The notes: generated from the sequence alone by a model not told the origin. Shown: positions 40,183 through 53,975, counted from the first letter of the whole stretch. The stretch: DNA of 62,922 nucleotides, filler included, from Octopus bimaculoides (GCF_001194135.2; 3 parts of 3 records of this genome joined end to end with filler, not necessarily neighbours in it); one strand, 5' to 3'. Made by a program: numbers and translations.

Positions 40183-41544
40183 ATTACCGATACAAATGTT
40201 GATGGGTTGGTTGTTTGGTTGGTTGGTTGGTTTCTTGGTCGAGTCTCTAGTCACGCATTACATCGCATTGTATGAAGGAGAGGAAGAGCAAATGAGTGCT
40301 ACAGGGAGTGAGAATAAGCATTAAAGGTGCAGGCTGAGTGCACATAGTAGGCTTGGTGGCAGGCAATAAGTAAAGTAGCGTTGCACACATACGCACACGC
40401 AGTCACACATAAGACGGGTTATCAATTATAGCCCTAAAATCAGAGGGCAGATCTTTTTTAAATTTGAAAAGAAAGTCAGTTGGAATAATTTTGTCGCTTA
40501 AACATAAAAACGGAAAAGAAAAAGAAAAGAAAGAAAAAAGTAGACAACAGGATGGTCATGGTTGGAACGCGATTGGTCATATGGCTGTTCAATGGGAACC
40601 CACGTGCAAGAAGCATTATGCATTCGCATAAGAGTTCGATGTGTCGCTCGTTTCGCAGCTTGTAAAAACTACGAGATGCGATTCACGGCAAATCTTCACA
40701 CGGTGACCCAGATCAATAAATAAATAAATAAATAAATAAAGGTGATGGTGTGGTGGCGGCGATATATGATGTAAAAGGTCGGCTCTTTAGTTTCCGTCGT
40801 CCATTGCTGAGTGACTAATCAAAATATGCTAGAGAGCGAGCAAGCGAGCAAGCAAACGAAGACTTGCCGAACAGGCAAAGACGATGATTAGGGTTTCGAT
40901 CGGGCATAAAGCAGCTAATTATAAAGGGATGATGCCCGGCCATTTTTCTGCAATTAGCAATCGAAAGCTCGGGAATCGAAACGTTAAAATGCAAAACGCC
41001 CGAGGCGAAAGAATGTGTGGCATGCATGTGAGATAACGAAACTGTGATGAGAACTCGCTCTCTCTTTCTTTCACTAACTCTTGCTTTCTCCCTCTCTCTG
41101 CCTGTCTCTCTCTCTCTCTCTCTCTCTCATACACACAGACACATTCACGTATACACACACACACACACACACTGCCGTGTTATGTAGAATGCGTTATGCG
41201 TGGTGATCGCAGAGAAATATAGGCTGGGGTGGGATAAGCAAAGAAGGTAATCAACTCTGTATGACGGAAGAGTCACTGGTTCGTTTGCCCTGACTGTCTG
41301 ACTGACTGACTGTCTTTCTTTCTGTCTGTCCGTCTGTCCCCTGTCTGTCTCATAAGCAGAGATTCTTTACTGGGTTTCGTCATATATCAATGATTGTTGC
41401 TAGAGACTCGGTGAATGTGCCGCAGGGAAGTTGCCCAAACACCAATCTCCCATCAAATTCATATTAATACGGTTTAATATAGTGTAAAGTACTATACTAC
41501 AGACCGGAGTGCAGTGCAGCTCTTATTAATGGCTTCTAATTTCG

Positions 41545-41932
41545 GGACGAGGTCAGCCATTTAAGAAAGGAAACGGGTTTTCGGCTGAGAGGTATATCGA
41601 TTCCAGTGTTTCACTGCTACTTTATTTTATTAACACCGAAGGAGAAAAGGAAGACGTCGAATTCGGTGGGGATTGAACTCAAAACGTAAAGACTCGGAAG
41701 AAAAACTGCAAAGAATTTTCTCCCGTGATCTAATGAACCCGCCAGCTTCCAGTTTTGTAATAATAATAATAATAATTATAATAATAAAAATAATACTAAT
41801 AATAATAACAATGGTTTCAAATTTTGCCACAAGCTCAACAATTTTGTGGGAGGGGATGAGTCAATTACATCTACCCCAGTGCGTAACTGGTACTTATTTT
41901 ATCGTCCTCGAAAGGATGAAAGGCAAAGTCTT
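41545..41932 (-). mobile_element. Two tandem SINE family A copies (degenerate/truncated) separated by (AAT)n
   Basis: gattgaactcaaaacgtaaagac...ccgccagct, then gtaactggtacttattttatcgtcctcgaaaggatgaaaggcaaagtc. Confidence 0.7.
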
Positions 41933-41944
41933 GTGAGTGGATTT

Positions 41945-42230
41945 GGTCGACAGAAACTGAAAGAAGCCCGTCGTATATTTGTATATTTATGTCTTTGTGC
42001 CTGTAGCTGTCCCCACCACCATCGCTTGACAGCCGATGTTGGTGTGTTTACGTCCCCGTAACTTAGCAGATCGACTTAAGGAATCGATAGTAGAAATCCT
42101 GGGGGCGGGGTCGATCAAAGAATAAGTCCTAGAATCAAAGAATAAGTCCTGAGGTCGATTTCTTCGACGAAAAAGACCATTTGAGGGAGTGCTCCAGCAT
42201 GGCCGCAGTCAAATGATTGAAACATATAAA
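41945..42230 (+). mobile_element. SINE family B
   Basis: cgcttgacagccgatgttggtgtgtttacgtccccgtaacttagc...aagaataagtcct (locally duplicated)...gtgctccagcatggccgcagtcaaatga. Confidence 0.75.
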
Positions 42231-42415
42231 CAATATATGTGTGTGTATGTGTGTGTGTGTGCATGTGTTTATTTATATCCGTATGTTTGTGTATATTTGT
42301 ATGTGTGTGTATATGTTTTCTCTGTTTACCTTTGCTTATAACAAAATGTCGTCACAACGGTTGGTAACGAAAGAAACACTGACAATTCTCTCTTTTCCCT
42401 CGTCTTCACGTCTAC

Positions 42416-42463
<48 letters not shown>

Positions 42464-43289
42464 CACCACCTCCTCCTCTTCCTCCGCTTCTTCTATCACC
42501 TCCACCTCGTCCACCTCTACTGCGCTTCCTACCTCCCTCCTCCCCTCACTTTGACTTCACTATTCAGGCCCCACCTCCACTCACTTCTTCACCTGTCTTC
42601 TCACAATCACTTATTGCTTCATAACATGCAACACGGCAACCATGTTATTTTTCATGTTCTATATTTTATATTNNNNNNNNNNNNNNNNNNNNNNNNNNNN
42701 NNNNNNNNNNNNNNNNNNNNNNNNNNNNNNNNNNNNNNNNNNNNNNNNNNNNNNNNNNNNNNNNNNNNNNNNNNNNNNNNNNNNNNNNNNNNNNNNNNNN
42801 NNNNNNNNNNNNNNNNNNNNNNNNNNNNNNNNNNNNNNNNNNNNNNNNNNNNNNNNNNNNNNNNNNNNNNNNNNNNNNNNNNNNNNNNNNNNNNNNNNNN
42901 NNNNNNNNNNNNNNNNNNNNNNNNNNNNNNNNNNNNNNNNNNNNNNNNNNNNNNNNNNNNNNNNNNNNNNNNNNNNNNNNNNNNNNNNNNNNNNNNNNNN
43001 NNNNNNNNNNNNNNNNNNNNNNNNNNNNNNNNNNNNNNNNNNNNNNNNNNNNNNNNNNNNNNNNNNNNNNNNNNNNNNNNNNNNNNNNNNNNNNNNNNNN
43101 NNNNNNNNNNNNNNNNNNNNNNNNNNNNNNNNNNNNNNNNNNNNNNNNNNNNNNNNNNNNNNNNNTCTTCATTTTTCTTTTCTTCTAGATGTTTTTCATT
43201 TCTTCTCACATCTTTCTTCTTCTTCTTCTTCTTCTTCTTCTTCTTCTTCTTCTTCTTCTTCTTCTTCTTCTGTCATCAGTTTTTGCTCA

Positions 43290-43870
43290 GGGAAGCACCT
43301 TCAAGAGGGAGACCGTTCGAGATGCGCGCAGAACGACGAAACCCGTTCTACATTCACTCGTATGCAATGTCCGAGTATTGGTGACTTGTGGAGTAACGTC
43401 GTGCAGCCGTCTTCGAAATGTGAGACAAATTCGACTATGGGCCGAATCTACCGTGGAGGACAACTCACCCTCCACCTTTAACAAAGCAGGACGACCTGTG
43501 TTCCTCTACCTAGCGCCTATAGCAAACGCGGTTGTGTATTGCACGAGGCCGAAAGGACCGAGGAAAAACACTGTCCTCTTCGGTTAAACCCTTATTGACT
43601 TTTATAAGTTCAACTTGGAAACGAAAGGTAAGGGTGGAGAGGGAAGTTCCACTTCCAAAGGAATTTGTGAAAAGACGGGTGACCGTGGCAAAAATGGTTT
43701 GAGTGAATGGACCCACTCTAAGCATACACTTGTTGATTGCAGAGCAACAATTGGGAGCGGATCGTGCCCTTTGGTGGTCAGGCTAATCCTGGATCTGTGG
43801 AGTTCCTTGATTGGCCCTTGTTGCGGTTTCTCCTCTATCAGGAGAGGACTACATCATTCATGTTATCACA
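43290..43870 (+). mobile_element. L1/Tx1-like LINE, ORF2 C-terminal fragment
   Basis: Frameshifted RCAQNDET-VLHSL-QCPSIGDLW (L1-type C-terminal Cys/His motif), then GRPVFLYLAPIANAVVY and RKVRVEREV. Confidence 0.65.
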
Positions 43871-44068
43871 TATTCTTTTATTCTTTTATTTGTTTCAGCC
43901 ATCTGAATGCGGTCATGCTGGAGCAGCGCCTTTGGGTATTTTTTTTTATCACATTTCATCCTCTTTACAATTTCTTTCTCCCCAACCATTATGCAAAACT
44001 CCAGAATAATTATTCATGTCCCCCTCATCTATACTCCGGTGGCTAATAAAATAAATCACCACCATCAC

Positions 44069-44139
<71 letters not shown>

Positions 44140-44172
44140 CCTTCATCATAGTTATTACTGTCATTACTATTA

Positions 44173-44390
44173 AGGCGGCGAGATGGCAGAATCGTTAGCA
44201 CGCCGGGCGAAATGCTTAGCGGTATTTCATCTGTCTTTACGTTCTGAGTTCAAATTCCGTCGAGGTCAACTATGCCCTTCAATCTTTCGGGTCGATAAAT
44301 TAAGTACCAGTGAAACACTGGGGTCGATGTAATCGACTAGTCCCCTCCCCCAAATTCTAGGTCTTGTGCCTATAGTAGAAAGGATTATTA
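44173..44390 (+). mobile_element. SINE family A, well-preserved full-length copy
   Basis: aggcggcgagatggcagaatcgttagcacgccgggcgaaatgcttagcgg...gagttcaaattcc...gtagaaagg(att)n tail. Confidence 0.93.
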
Positions 44391-45017
44391 TTATTATTAT
44401 TGTTATTATTATTATTATTGCTAGTATTTATCCATGAAGTACTAACACACACAAACACGCACGCGCGCTTAAACACATACACACACGACACATACACGCA
44501 CGCACACACACACAAACGCAGATACACACGCGTACATTCGCATGCACACGTACACAAGCATGCACGCACGCATGCGCATCAACGTCCGTATTTTCTCCCA
44601 CATTATTTCCACTACATAAATATTGCATACACTATGGCTTCCCTTCACCGGAAACATGGAATATTTTATTTACAACAAAGAAAGCTGGGAAACCATTGCT
44701 TCGATTCACTGCGCATGTATGTGAGAGTGTATGTATGGCAAAATGGATGGATGGATGGGTAGGTGGGTGGGTGGATGTATTTATGGACGGATGAGTGTGT
44801 GAATGTATGTATTTATGAATGGGTTAATGTGTGTATGTATGTATATTTATATCTATGTACGCCTGTACATGCATTTATGTGTGCATGTATGCTTGAAGGT
44901 ATGTATATGTGTAAGAATGCATAATGTATGTGCGTAAGTTTACGTGCATTTATATAAGTAGATATATATGTATATATAAATACATATATGTATATACTTA
45001 GATGCATACATCCACAA

Positions 45018-45079
<62 letters not shown>

Positions 45080-45237
45080 GCACTTGCTCGTATACATAAA
45101 ACTAAACTCAAACCTACTACAGGTGGTGACATCTTTGTTGATTTGCCGTCATCGTCATCATCACAATCACCACCACCACCACCACCATCACCACAGCCAC
45201 TCCTCAACCACAACTATCACCACCACCATCACCATCC

Positions 45238-45268
<31 letters not shown>

Positions 45269-45419
45269 CGTCATCGTCGTCGTCGTCGTCGTCATCAACA
45301 TTATTGATGCTGATATCATTGCCCTCATCATATCGTCAACATGGTTCTACTTCAGCTGCCTGTCCTCACTGCCCCATTTTTACTGATTTCCCCTCTCATG
45401 TGCCTTATAAATCTGCGCT

Positions 45420-45527
<108 letters not shown>

Positions 45528-45930
45528 TACATAAGCGTATATGTTCCTATACATCCACGTCTCTATGTACGTAGTTCGTTTTGTATACATGGTTGCCTCT
45601 ACACTTGTCACAGTTTAAATATTTAACACAACAAGCAAAGGAAGAGTTCCTACTGGGCGTTGACAGATGGTCATAGAAAAAAGTCCAGGATATACTTTAA
45701 TTACGGGGGTAGATTTACAAGGAAATGTGAGGCGTCAGGCGTGTCGTTGAGCAACGAACTGATCAGTTTTACGACGCTAGGCACCATTTTCATTGTTTTC
45801 ACGATATTTCTTATTTATGGAGCAGCTTCTGTTTGTTTAGCAATATCGTGTCTGTATTACACACATTTGCTCTGTTCCTACATAGTTATAATTTTGCGAT
45901 AGATGTGAGCATGAATTTGTATGTATATAT

Positions 45931-46030
45931 AATGCTCGAAATGAGGTGTAGATAGACAGCCGACAACTGATGAAGGGTCCTTTCTCTGTGTTTATTAGTC
46001 CTGTTTCCCATTTTTTTCTCGTTTACGCAT
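45931..46030 (+). repeat. Interspersed repeat, homologous to 15990-16092
   Basis: Direct alignment with the reverse complement of the 16-kb copy. Confidence 0.8.
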
Positions 46031-46454
46031 TTAACTCGTTTGTTAACGTATTACATCTTATTTGCACCGTTAGTGACGTCCTGTATCCATATACGCATCT
46101 ATATATGTATATATATAGTCACAACCTCTTACAAGGATATTTTTATCCAAGATACACTGGTTTAATGTATTGCATTTTGAAAAGATATTTCTTCAATGAA
46201 TATATTACATAAATATCGTAAAATATCAAATATTATTATCGAGTTAGAAAACGGAGGGATCTAATGGATACAAATAAATTTACTAATTAATTAACATATT
46301 CATCTACAATTGATTCATTTCTCATTCAAAATTTGAATTACAAAACATATATAAATTTGCATTTTGAAATACGTTCGATGGAAACTCGTCAGAGTACAGA
46401 GGACAATACAAGGATCACATTCTGATCTGTTAGAATATTAAAAAATTTAGTCCT

Positions 46455-46495
<41 letters not shown>

Positions 46496-47442
46496 AAGAA
46501 ACGTTTCAAAAGGACTTGGGCTTTTCTATGATTCCCCGGCGTGGTTCTATGAGCAGGTTTCTTCTTCAAGTGCATAGTGGTCGCCATTACTGTGCGTGTA
46601 GAGCATGTATGTGTATGATGGATACCGAATTGCATTTTCTTAGACTTTCACACGAGTACAAATTAGTACATGAGATTTCGAACGGTTAAGAAATGCTTTC
46701 TTTCATGTTCATACGAGTCTGTCGACTCTTCTCTCTCGCTATCTCTCTCTTTCTCTCTTTCTCTCTTTCTCTCTCTTTCACACTTGCTGCGCGTGCATAT
46801 CAGGCCATGTGTAAATATATATATATGCATACAAAAATATATGCAAGCATGCATAAAGTACACACGTCTATCAAAACACTTGAAAATACACAATGATAAG
46901 TATGTAGACGCATACAAATATATATATATATANNNNNNNNNNNNNNNNNNNNNNNNNNNNNNNNNNNNNNNNNNNNNNNNNNNNNNNNNNNNNNNNNNNN
47001 NNNNNNNNNNNNNNNNNNNNNNNNNNNNNNNNNNNNNNNNNNNNNNNNNNNNNNNNNNNNNNNNNNNNNNNNNNNNNNNNNNNNNNNNNNNNNNNNNNNN
47101 NNNNNNNNNNNNNNNNNNNNNNNNNNNNNNNNNNNNNNNNNNNNNNNNNNNNNNNNNNNNNNNNNNNNNNNNNNNNNNNNNNNNNNNNNNNNNNNNNNNN
47201 NNNNNNNNNNNNNNNNNNNNNNNNNNNNNNNNNNNNNNNNNNNNNNNNNNNNNNNNNNNNNNNNNNNNNNNNNNNNNNNNNNNNNNNNNNNNNNNNNNNN
47301 NNNNNNNNNNNNNNNNNNNNNNNNNNNNNNNNNNNNNNNNNNNNNNNNNNNNNNNNNNNNNNNNNNNNNNNNNNNNNNNNNNNNNNNNNNNNNNNNNNNN
47401 NNNNNNNNNNNNNNNNNNNNNNNNNNNNNNNNNNNNNNNNNN

Positions 47443-47486
<44 letters not shown>

Positions 47487-48954
47487 TATACAACTATATG
47501 TATATTTCTAAACTCACACGCACCCAAATATTATTTGTAAAGTCATCATGACAACGAAGTCGTTCTCATATCGCATAGATTAGAAATCTATTAGAAAATA
47601 TTTGCTTGGATAAGCATGTTCAGTGAAAGGATATTTTGTATGGTCGTATCATATATACTTCACTTATATCTATAGACAGCCATGCATGAATGTGTATTAG
47701 ATTGTACGTAACATATCTATCTATCTATCAATTAGCCGGTTTGTCTATCTATCTATATATCTGTCCATCTATCCATATATATATATATATATATATCATC
47801 ATCATCATCATCATCATCATCGTTTAACGTCCGCTTTCCATGCTAGCATGGGTNNNNNNNNNNCTATCTTTCTATCTATCTATTTATCTATCAGACAGAC
47901 ACACAGCTGGATAGATAGATAGAAAGAGAGTGTGGAGATGGATAGGTTGGTAGGTAAGACAGACAGAGATAGACGCACATAGACAGACACACACACACAC
48001 ACAGACGGACACACAGACCAACAGACATGTAGATAATCAGGTAGGCGTAGATACATGTACATAGATAAAAAGATATTTATATCGATTGCATATTGACGAT
48101 CAGACTCGAAGATAAAATATAGTGAAATGTTGTATATAATGTATGTTTTTCAAACTGTACAAGACAGCCATCAACTTGTATTTGATCCAGACTCCATGGT
48201 AGGGTTCGAAATAGGAAATACAAGATTGTTTCTTATCATTATTTTGAGATTTGCTGAAACATCGTAATTCAATGGACGCTAGTTTAAAGTGTCAAATCCA
48301 GTCGCCTGAAAATCGGAATCGTGAAACTAAAATTTCTAACTTTTGAAGTTTCAACTTTGTGCGCGCGTATGTATGTATGTACGTATGTATGTATGTATGT
48401 ATGTATGTGTTTCTACATACACACATTCGCATATCTACATCTGTGTATATGTATTTATATGTATGCAAATATGTATATGTTTGTATGCACTCTCAAATAA
48501 ATCCATTGTACTTCATTAAATTTTTTATCTATTTTTCTGTGATTTTGTTATGGCTAACGTCTTCACAACCACAGGCAATTTCTTACAAAAATTCTTCAAA
48601 TTGTGACGTAATTTACAATTAGTAACATTGTCACCTCTGGTGACGTAATTGTTATTCTGTTACATTCTTATGCAACAGAAATGCAGTCTAGTATGGTTTT
48701 ATGTACACACACACACACACACATACACACAAACACACGCACACATATATATGTTAAAAAGTACTTGAAAGAATGTATTTTTCTGTTAGAAAAAAGATTT
48801 TCTTCACATATTAATTATTGATTATAAAAATAATTCAAAAATCATAGATTACAAAATAATGTTGAAAAACAAAATTACACGAAATCATTCTGCTTTTCGA
48901 AAAAGAAAATTAAATACAATTATACTTATAAATTAAAAAAGTGCTTTCCTCAAA

Positions 48955-49026
48955 TACATACATATATATATATATGTATATATATGTATATTTATATAAG
49001 GGCATTACTACAGTATAATATATATG

Positions 49027-49120
<94 letters not shown>

Positions 49121-49421
49121 TATTTATATACATGCATATATATATTTATTTGTTTACATATATATTTATATTCATATTTATCTGTTTGTGTGTAAATATA
49201 TGTATATATATATATATGCTTATATGCACATATGTATAAATACATACACATTCACACACACACATTAATACATTTATAATATCTATAGATATATAAATAG
49301 ATGTAGCTAAACACAAATATGTACGTGTATATATTATATATACGGTATATATATGTGTGTGTATGTATGCATATATGTATATATATATGTGTGTGTGTGT
49401 ATATGTATGTATATATATATG

Positions 49422-49452
<31 letters not shown>

Positions 49453-49540
49453 ATGTATATATGTATATATATATATACATATATACACACACACATGCAC
49501 ACACACACGCGCATATATATATACATACACACACTACATT
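48955..49540. repeat. Compound (AT)n/(GT)n microsatellite field, one of many (most gaps are flanked by such tracts)
   Basis: Direct reading. Confidence 0.9.
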
Positions 49541-49744
49541 ACTTCGTGCGGCTCCCAACAGATTAGTGTCAACTCAAGTGAGTAAAAGGAGATTTTAGCA
49601 TTTGTGGGACTAAGTCTGATTTTGCGTATGTTTTGGTTCTACGCATTCTGTTGCATAGTTCTGCGTGTGTGTGTTTGTATGTATATGTGTGTATATGTAT
49701 TGGAGAACATAAATATGTTTCTACGTGTGTGTGTATGTATGTGA

Positions 49745-49793
<49 letters not shown>

Positions 49794-50743
49794 TATATTT
49801 ATACACACACAGACACACATATATATGTAAATATATATATATATATATATGCATGTATGTATATATATATATATATATAGATAGATAGATAGATAGATAT
49901 TGATTCTCTTCATGGTTTGATTTTTTCAATTTATCCTCCCCGGCCAACAGCTCAATGACAAGATTTAAGAAACCAGTTGGATGATCCATAATTTTAACTA
50001 CTGAAATTCTATGGTATATTTACGTATTTTATTTTTACAGGGAAACTGTGTATTTACATTTTTTGTATATAATGTCTAAATACATACATACATACATACA
50101 TACATTCATACACACAAACACTATTGAGAAATCTGTAATTACTCTATCCAGAATACAAGTTCAGGTATATACTTGTAATTATTGGGGCAATTGGATATGT
50201 AACACACTGTCTAAGAACCAGTCTTGAGAAATTAAGCTTCTCAAAGCCAGAAACGAAAAGCTGATTCGAATCACTGGAACTATAAACATCTTTAAAACTT
50301 TCCGAAGGTATATATATGAACATGTCTAGATATGCAAGTGTACGTATGAGAAGACATACATAAAACAAAAAAGTACAAATCTACACGTATGCATACATAC
50401 ATACATACGCACATACATACATACATACATACATACATACATACATACATACATACATACATACATACATACATACATGTTGTATACATCTTTGTGAAAT
50501 AAAGCTGGACTCGACTAAACAGTTTCGATCGATGCCGAGTTTATTTTTATGCAACACATGAGACAACTTTAAGACACACACGAACACAAGCACACACACA
50601 TGATATTCACATACATATGTGTATATATGTATATATATATGCGTAGGTATGTGTATGCATGTCTCTGTGTGTATACATGTATACATTATATGTGTGTGTG
50701 TATATGTCTATACTTATACATGTATATATGTGTGTGTATGTCA

Positions 50744-50781
<38 letters not shown>

Positions 50782-50838
50782 NNNNNNNNNNNNNNNNNNN
50801 NNNNNNNNNNNNNNACTTTTCTTTTGAAAATAGAAAAC

Positions 50839-50892
<54 letters not shown>

Positions 50893-51621
50893 TTATAGAA
50901 ATTTTTTTTTTAAAAAGACCCATATCAAACAAAACAAAGAAAGAAAAACGAAGCACAAACAACAACAAAAAACACCCTCGTCCTATCTCACACTCACATC
51001 ACTCCCACCACTACCACTGCAATCACTTCCCTCGCCTCCCCCACCTCCATTCCCAACGCTTCCATCACTATGGCCTCCCTTAGTTGTTCCTCTCCCATTA
51101 ACCTACGCCATCTTTAACTTACTATTGTTGCTAAATCAGGCCTCTCTGCCCCTTACTCTTTCTCCCTCCCTCCTCGTTATTCAAACACTCTCCCCAATAC
51201 TCTCTCCCTCTCTCTCTCTCTGCAATATTTTCTATTTACAAACCGCTTCCATACTTACTCACCTTTCGTTTCACTTTCTTCGCCAGTTCCCTTTTTTGTT
51301 GTTGTATTCTTTCCTTCATTTTTTAAAAATTTTGTTTTTATTTTTGTGGTTGTTGATTATATATATATTTTTTTTTCATGTATAATTAATTTATGAGGCG
51401 ACCCCTACTTCACGTTTGCGCTCCCTATTTCCCTCTTTCAAACTAAAGAGCTCTTACCTTCTGCTGTATATAGCTTGTTTTAATTATTCACTAATCTTAT
51501 ATCTCTCTCTCTACACACATAAATACACACATATTTACATATATAGACACACACACACACACACATATATATATACATAAACACACGCATATATATATCT
51601 ATACATATGAGCATGTATATA

Positions 51622-51681
<60 letters not shown>

Positions 51682-51704
51682 GATCTTGCTGTTTGTTGCT
51701 GATG

Positions 51705-51739
<35 letters not shown>

Positions 51740-53064
51740 NNNNNNNNNNNNNNNNNNNNNNNNNNNNNNNNNNNNNNNNNNNNNNNNNNNNNNNNNNNNN
51801 NNNNNNNNNNNNNNNNNNNNNNNNNNNNNNNNNNNNNNNNNNNNNNNNNNNNNNNNNNNNNNNNNNNNNNNNNNNNNNNNNNNNNNNNNNNNNNNNNNNN
51901 NNNNNNNNNNNNNNNNNNNNNNNNNNNNNNNNNNNNNNNNNNNNNNNNNNNNNNNNNNNNNNNNNNNNNNNNNNNNNNNNNNNNNNNNNNNNNNNNNNNN
52001 NNNNNNNNNNNNNNNNNNNNNNNNNNNNNNNNNNNNNNNNNNNNNNNNNNNNNNNNNNNNNNNNNNNNNNNNNNNNNNNNNNNNNNNNNNNNNNNNNNNN
52101 NNNNNNNNNNNNNNNNNNNNNNNNNNNNNNNNNNNNNCTGCTGCTGCTGCTGCTGCTAACTATTACCGTTATGTCGTGTTAAATTTCGGAATTTCTTATT
52201 GATAACTTCTTTCTTTCTTTTCTTTTCATTTTATTCTTTATCTTCTTTTCCCCATATCACTTCTGTGCTCGTTTCTCTCCCCCCCCTCTCTCTCTTCCTG
52301 CCTTTCTCTTTACCTCGCTCTTTCCTCATTTCTCTCTTTATTACTCGGTTCCTTTAATTTTCTCTTCCCCCTCTCACTCTGTCTCTCTGTATCTCCCTCT
52401 CTCACTCACCTCGCTGTACGTGTGTGCGTCTATCTCTCTCTCTTTTTCAGATATGTATTTCTTCATGAGGTACCCATGTATATATCCCTATGCTCTTCAC
52501 GCATTAAATACACACACACATATATTCTATATTATTATGTAATTATATTATTATGTAATTAATTCATAATTAATCCAGTGATTATTTAACCAGGCAGCCA
52601 AGCCAACGGGCCGACCATCAAACAAACCAACTCGGCCCACAGACTAACCGGCTACCATTTTAGCTGGCAAGCCACTCAGCCAGCTTAGCAAAAAGCATTC
52701 TTTCAATTTCATACAACACTACAGAGATGACGTCACATAACACTTGCAATAGGACGTAAGATGCAAAAATAAAAAAAATATATATTTAAAAAAGAATACA
52801 TATATTGATTTGATTGATGAAGTCCCAGTATCAATTAGTTTATTTTTGAAAGATTTTCATGACGGAATTACAGTAATAACAAGAAGAAAAAAAACAACAC
52901 GAGCTATAGAAATAACAAAAAAAAAATACAATACAAAAATCTATAACGATCGCCATTCGTTCCAAATAGAGAAGTAAAAATTATATTTAAATAATAATAA
53001 AAACTAAAAGAGAAAAAACCGAAGAACTAGCGAAAGCACATAATGTAAATAAAGTATTGGAAAT

Positions 53065-53157
<93 letters not shown>

Positions 53158-53231
53158 TTAGTCTTACTCTACGTCGTATTTTTGTTGTTTATTTAGCGGT
53201 TGTTGATTTTAATTAATAATTTTAACGATTT

Positions 53232-53331
53232 NNNNNNNNNNNNNNNNNNNNNNNNNNNNNNNNNNNNNNNNNNNNTTAATTAATTAANNNNNNNNNNNNN
53301 NNNNNNNNNNNNNNNNNNNNNNNNNNNNNNN
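53232..53331. other. Artificial scaffold-join spacer
   Basis: Exactly 44 N + TTAATTAATTAA + 44 N = 100 bp; identical to 30429-30528. Confidence 0.93.
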
Positions 53332-53572
53332 AGCCATTCTTCTATCCCAAGTTTCCTCATTGACCACCAGATAAGGGATCGGGGGACCCTGTCAAAGGCT
53401 TTCTCCATGTCAACGAAAGCCAGGTACAGAGGTTTATCCTTGGCTAGGTATTTCTCTTGCAACTGTCTCACTAGAAATAAGGCATCAGTAGTGCTTTTAC
53501 CTGGCACGAACCCAAACTGCATCTCATCTAAATTGATTCGCTCCCTAATTAGTTGGGCTATGACCCTCTCTG
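53332..53572 (-). mobile_element. RTE-clade LINE reverse transcriptase fragment
   Basis: ERVIAQLIRERINLDEMQFGFVPGKSTTDALFLVRQLQEKY...AFVDMEKAFDRVPR...W; cut by the scaffold spacer. Confidence 0.92.
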
Positions 53573-53975
53573 TAACATAACGTTTCGGCTGATATACCCT
53601 CCAGCCTTCACCAGGTGTCTTGGGAAAATTTCAAACCTGGGTTCTCATTGCTAAGGTATTTTTCGATGTTGTTATTATTAATTATTATTATTCAGGTCAC
53701 TTCCTGGAATCAAACTTGGAATCTTGGGGTTAGTAGCCCACGCTCTTAATCACTATGCCATATGCACGGGCATATGGCGTAGTGGTTAAGAGTGTGGGCT
53801 ACTAACCCCAAGATACCTTAGGAATGAGAACCCAGGTTTGAAATTTCCCAAAGACACCTGGTGAAGACTGGAGGGTATATCAGCCGAAATGTTATGTTAA
53901 CAACAAGATGAGGACAAATATCCGTCAAATATAAATAATGTACATAATTCCTCATTTCTTAAATAAAGAACTGTA
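53573..53975. mobile_element. Head-to-head inverted dimer of a tRNA-headed SINE-like element containing a degenerate minimal hammerhead motif
   Basis: Outer arms 53573-53659/53813-53899 and inner arms 53721-53765/53770-53814 are reverse complements. A-box tggcgtagtgg; B-box-like gtttgattcc in the minus copy only. Both copies have CTGGTGA...GAAA. Confidence 0.85.

Noticed and set aside
52728-52735. Perfect CRE site TGACGTCA
   Set aside because: A single 8-mer is roughly expected by chance in a window this size, and it lies across a scaffold join from the gene.
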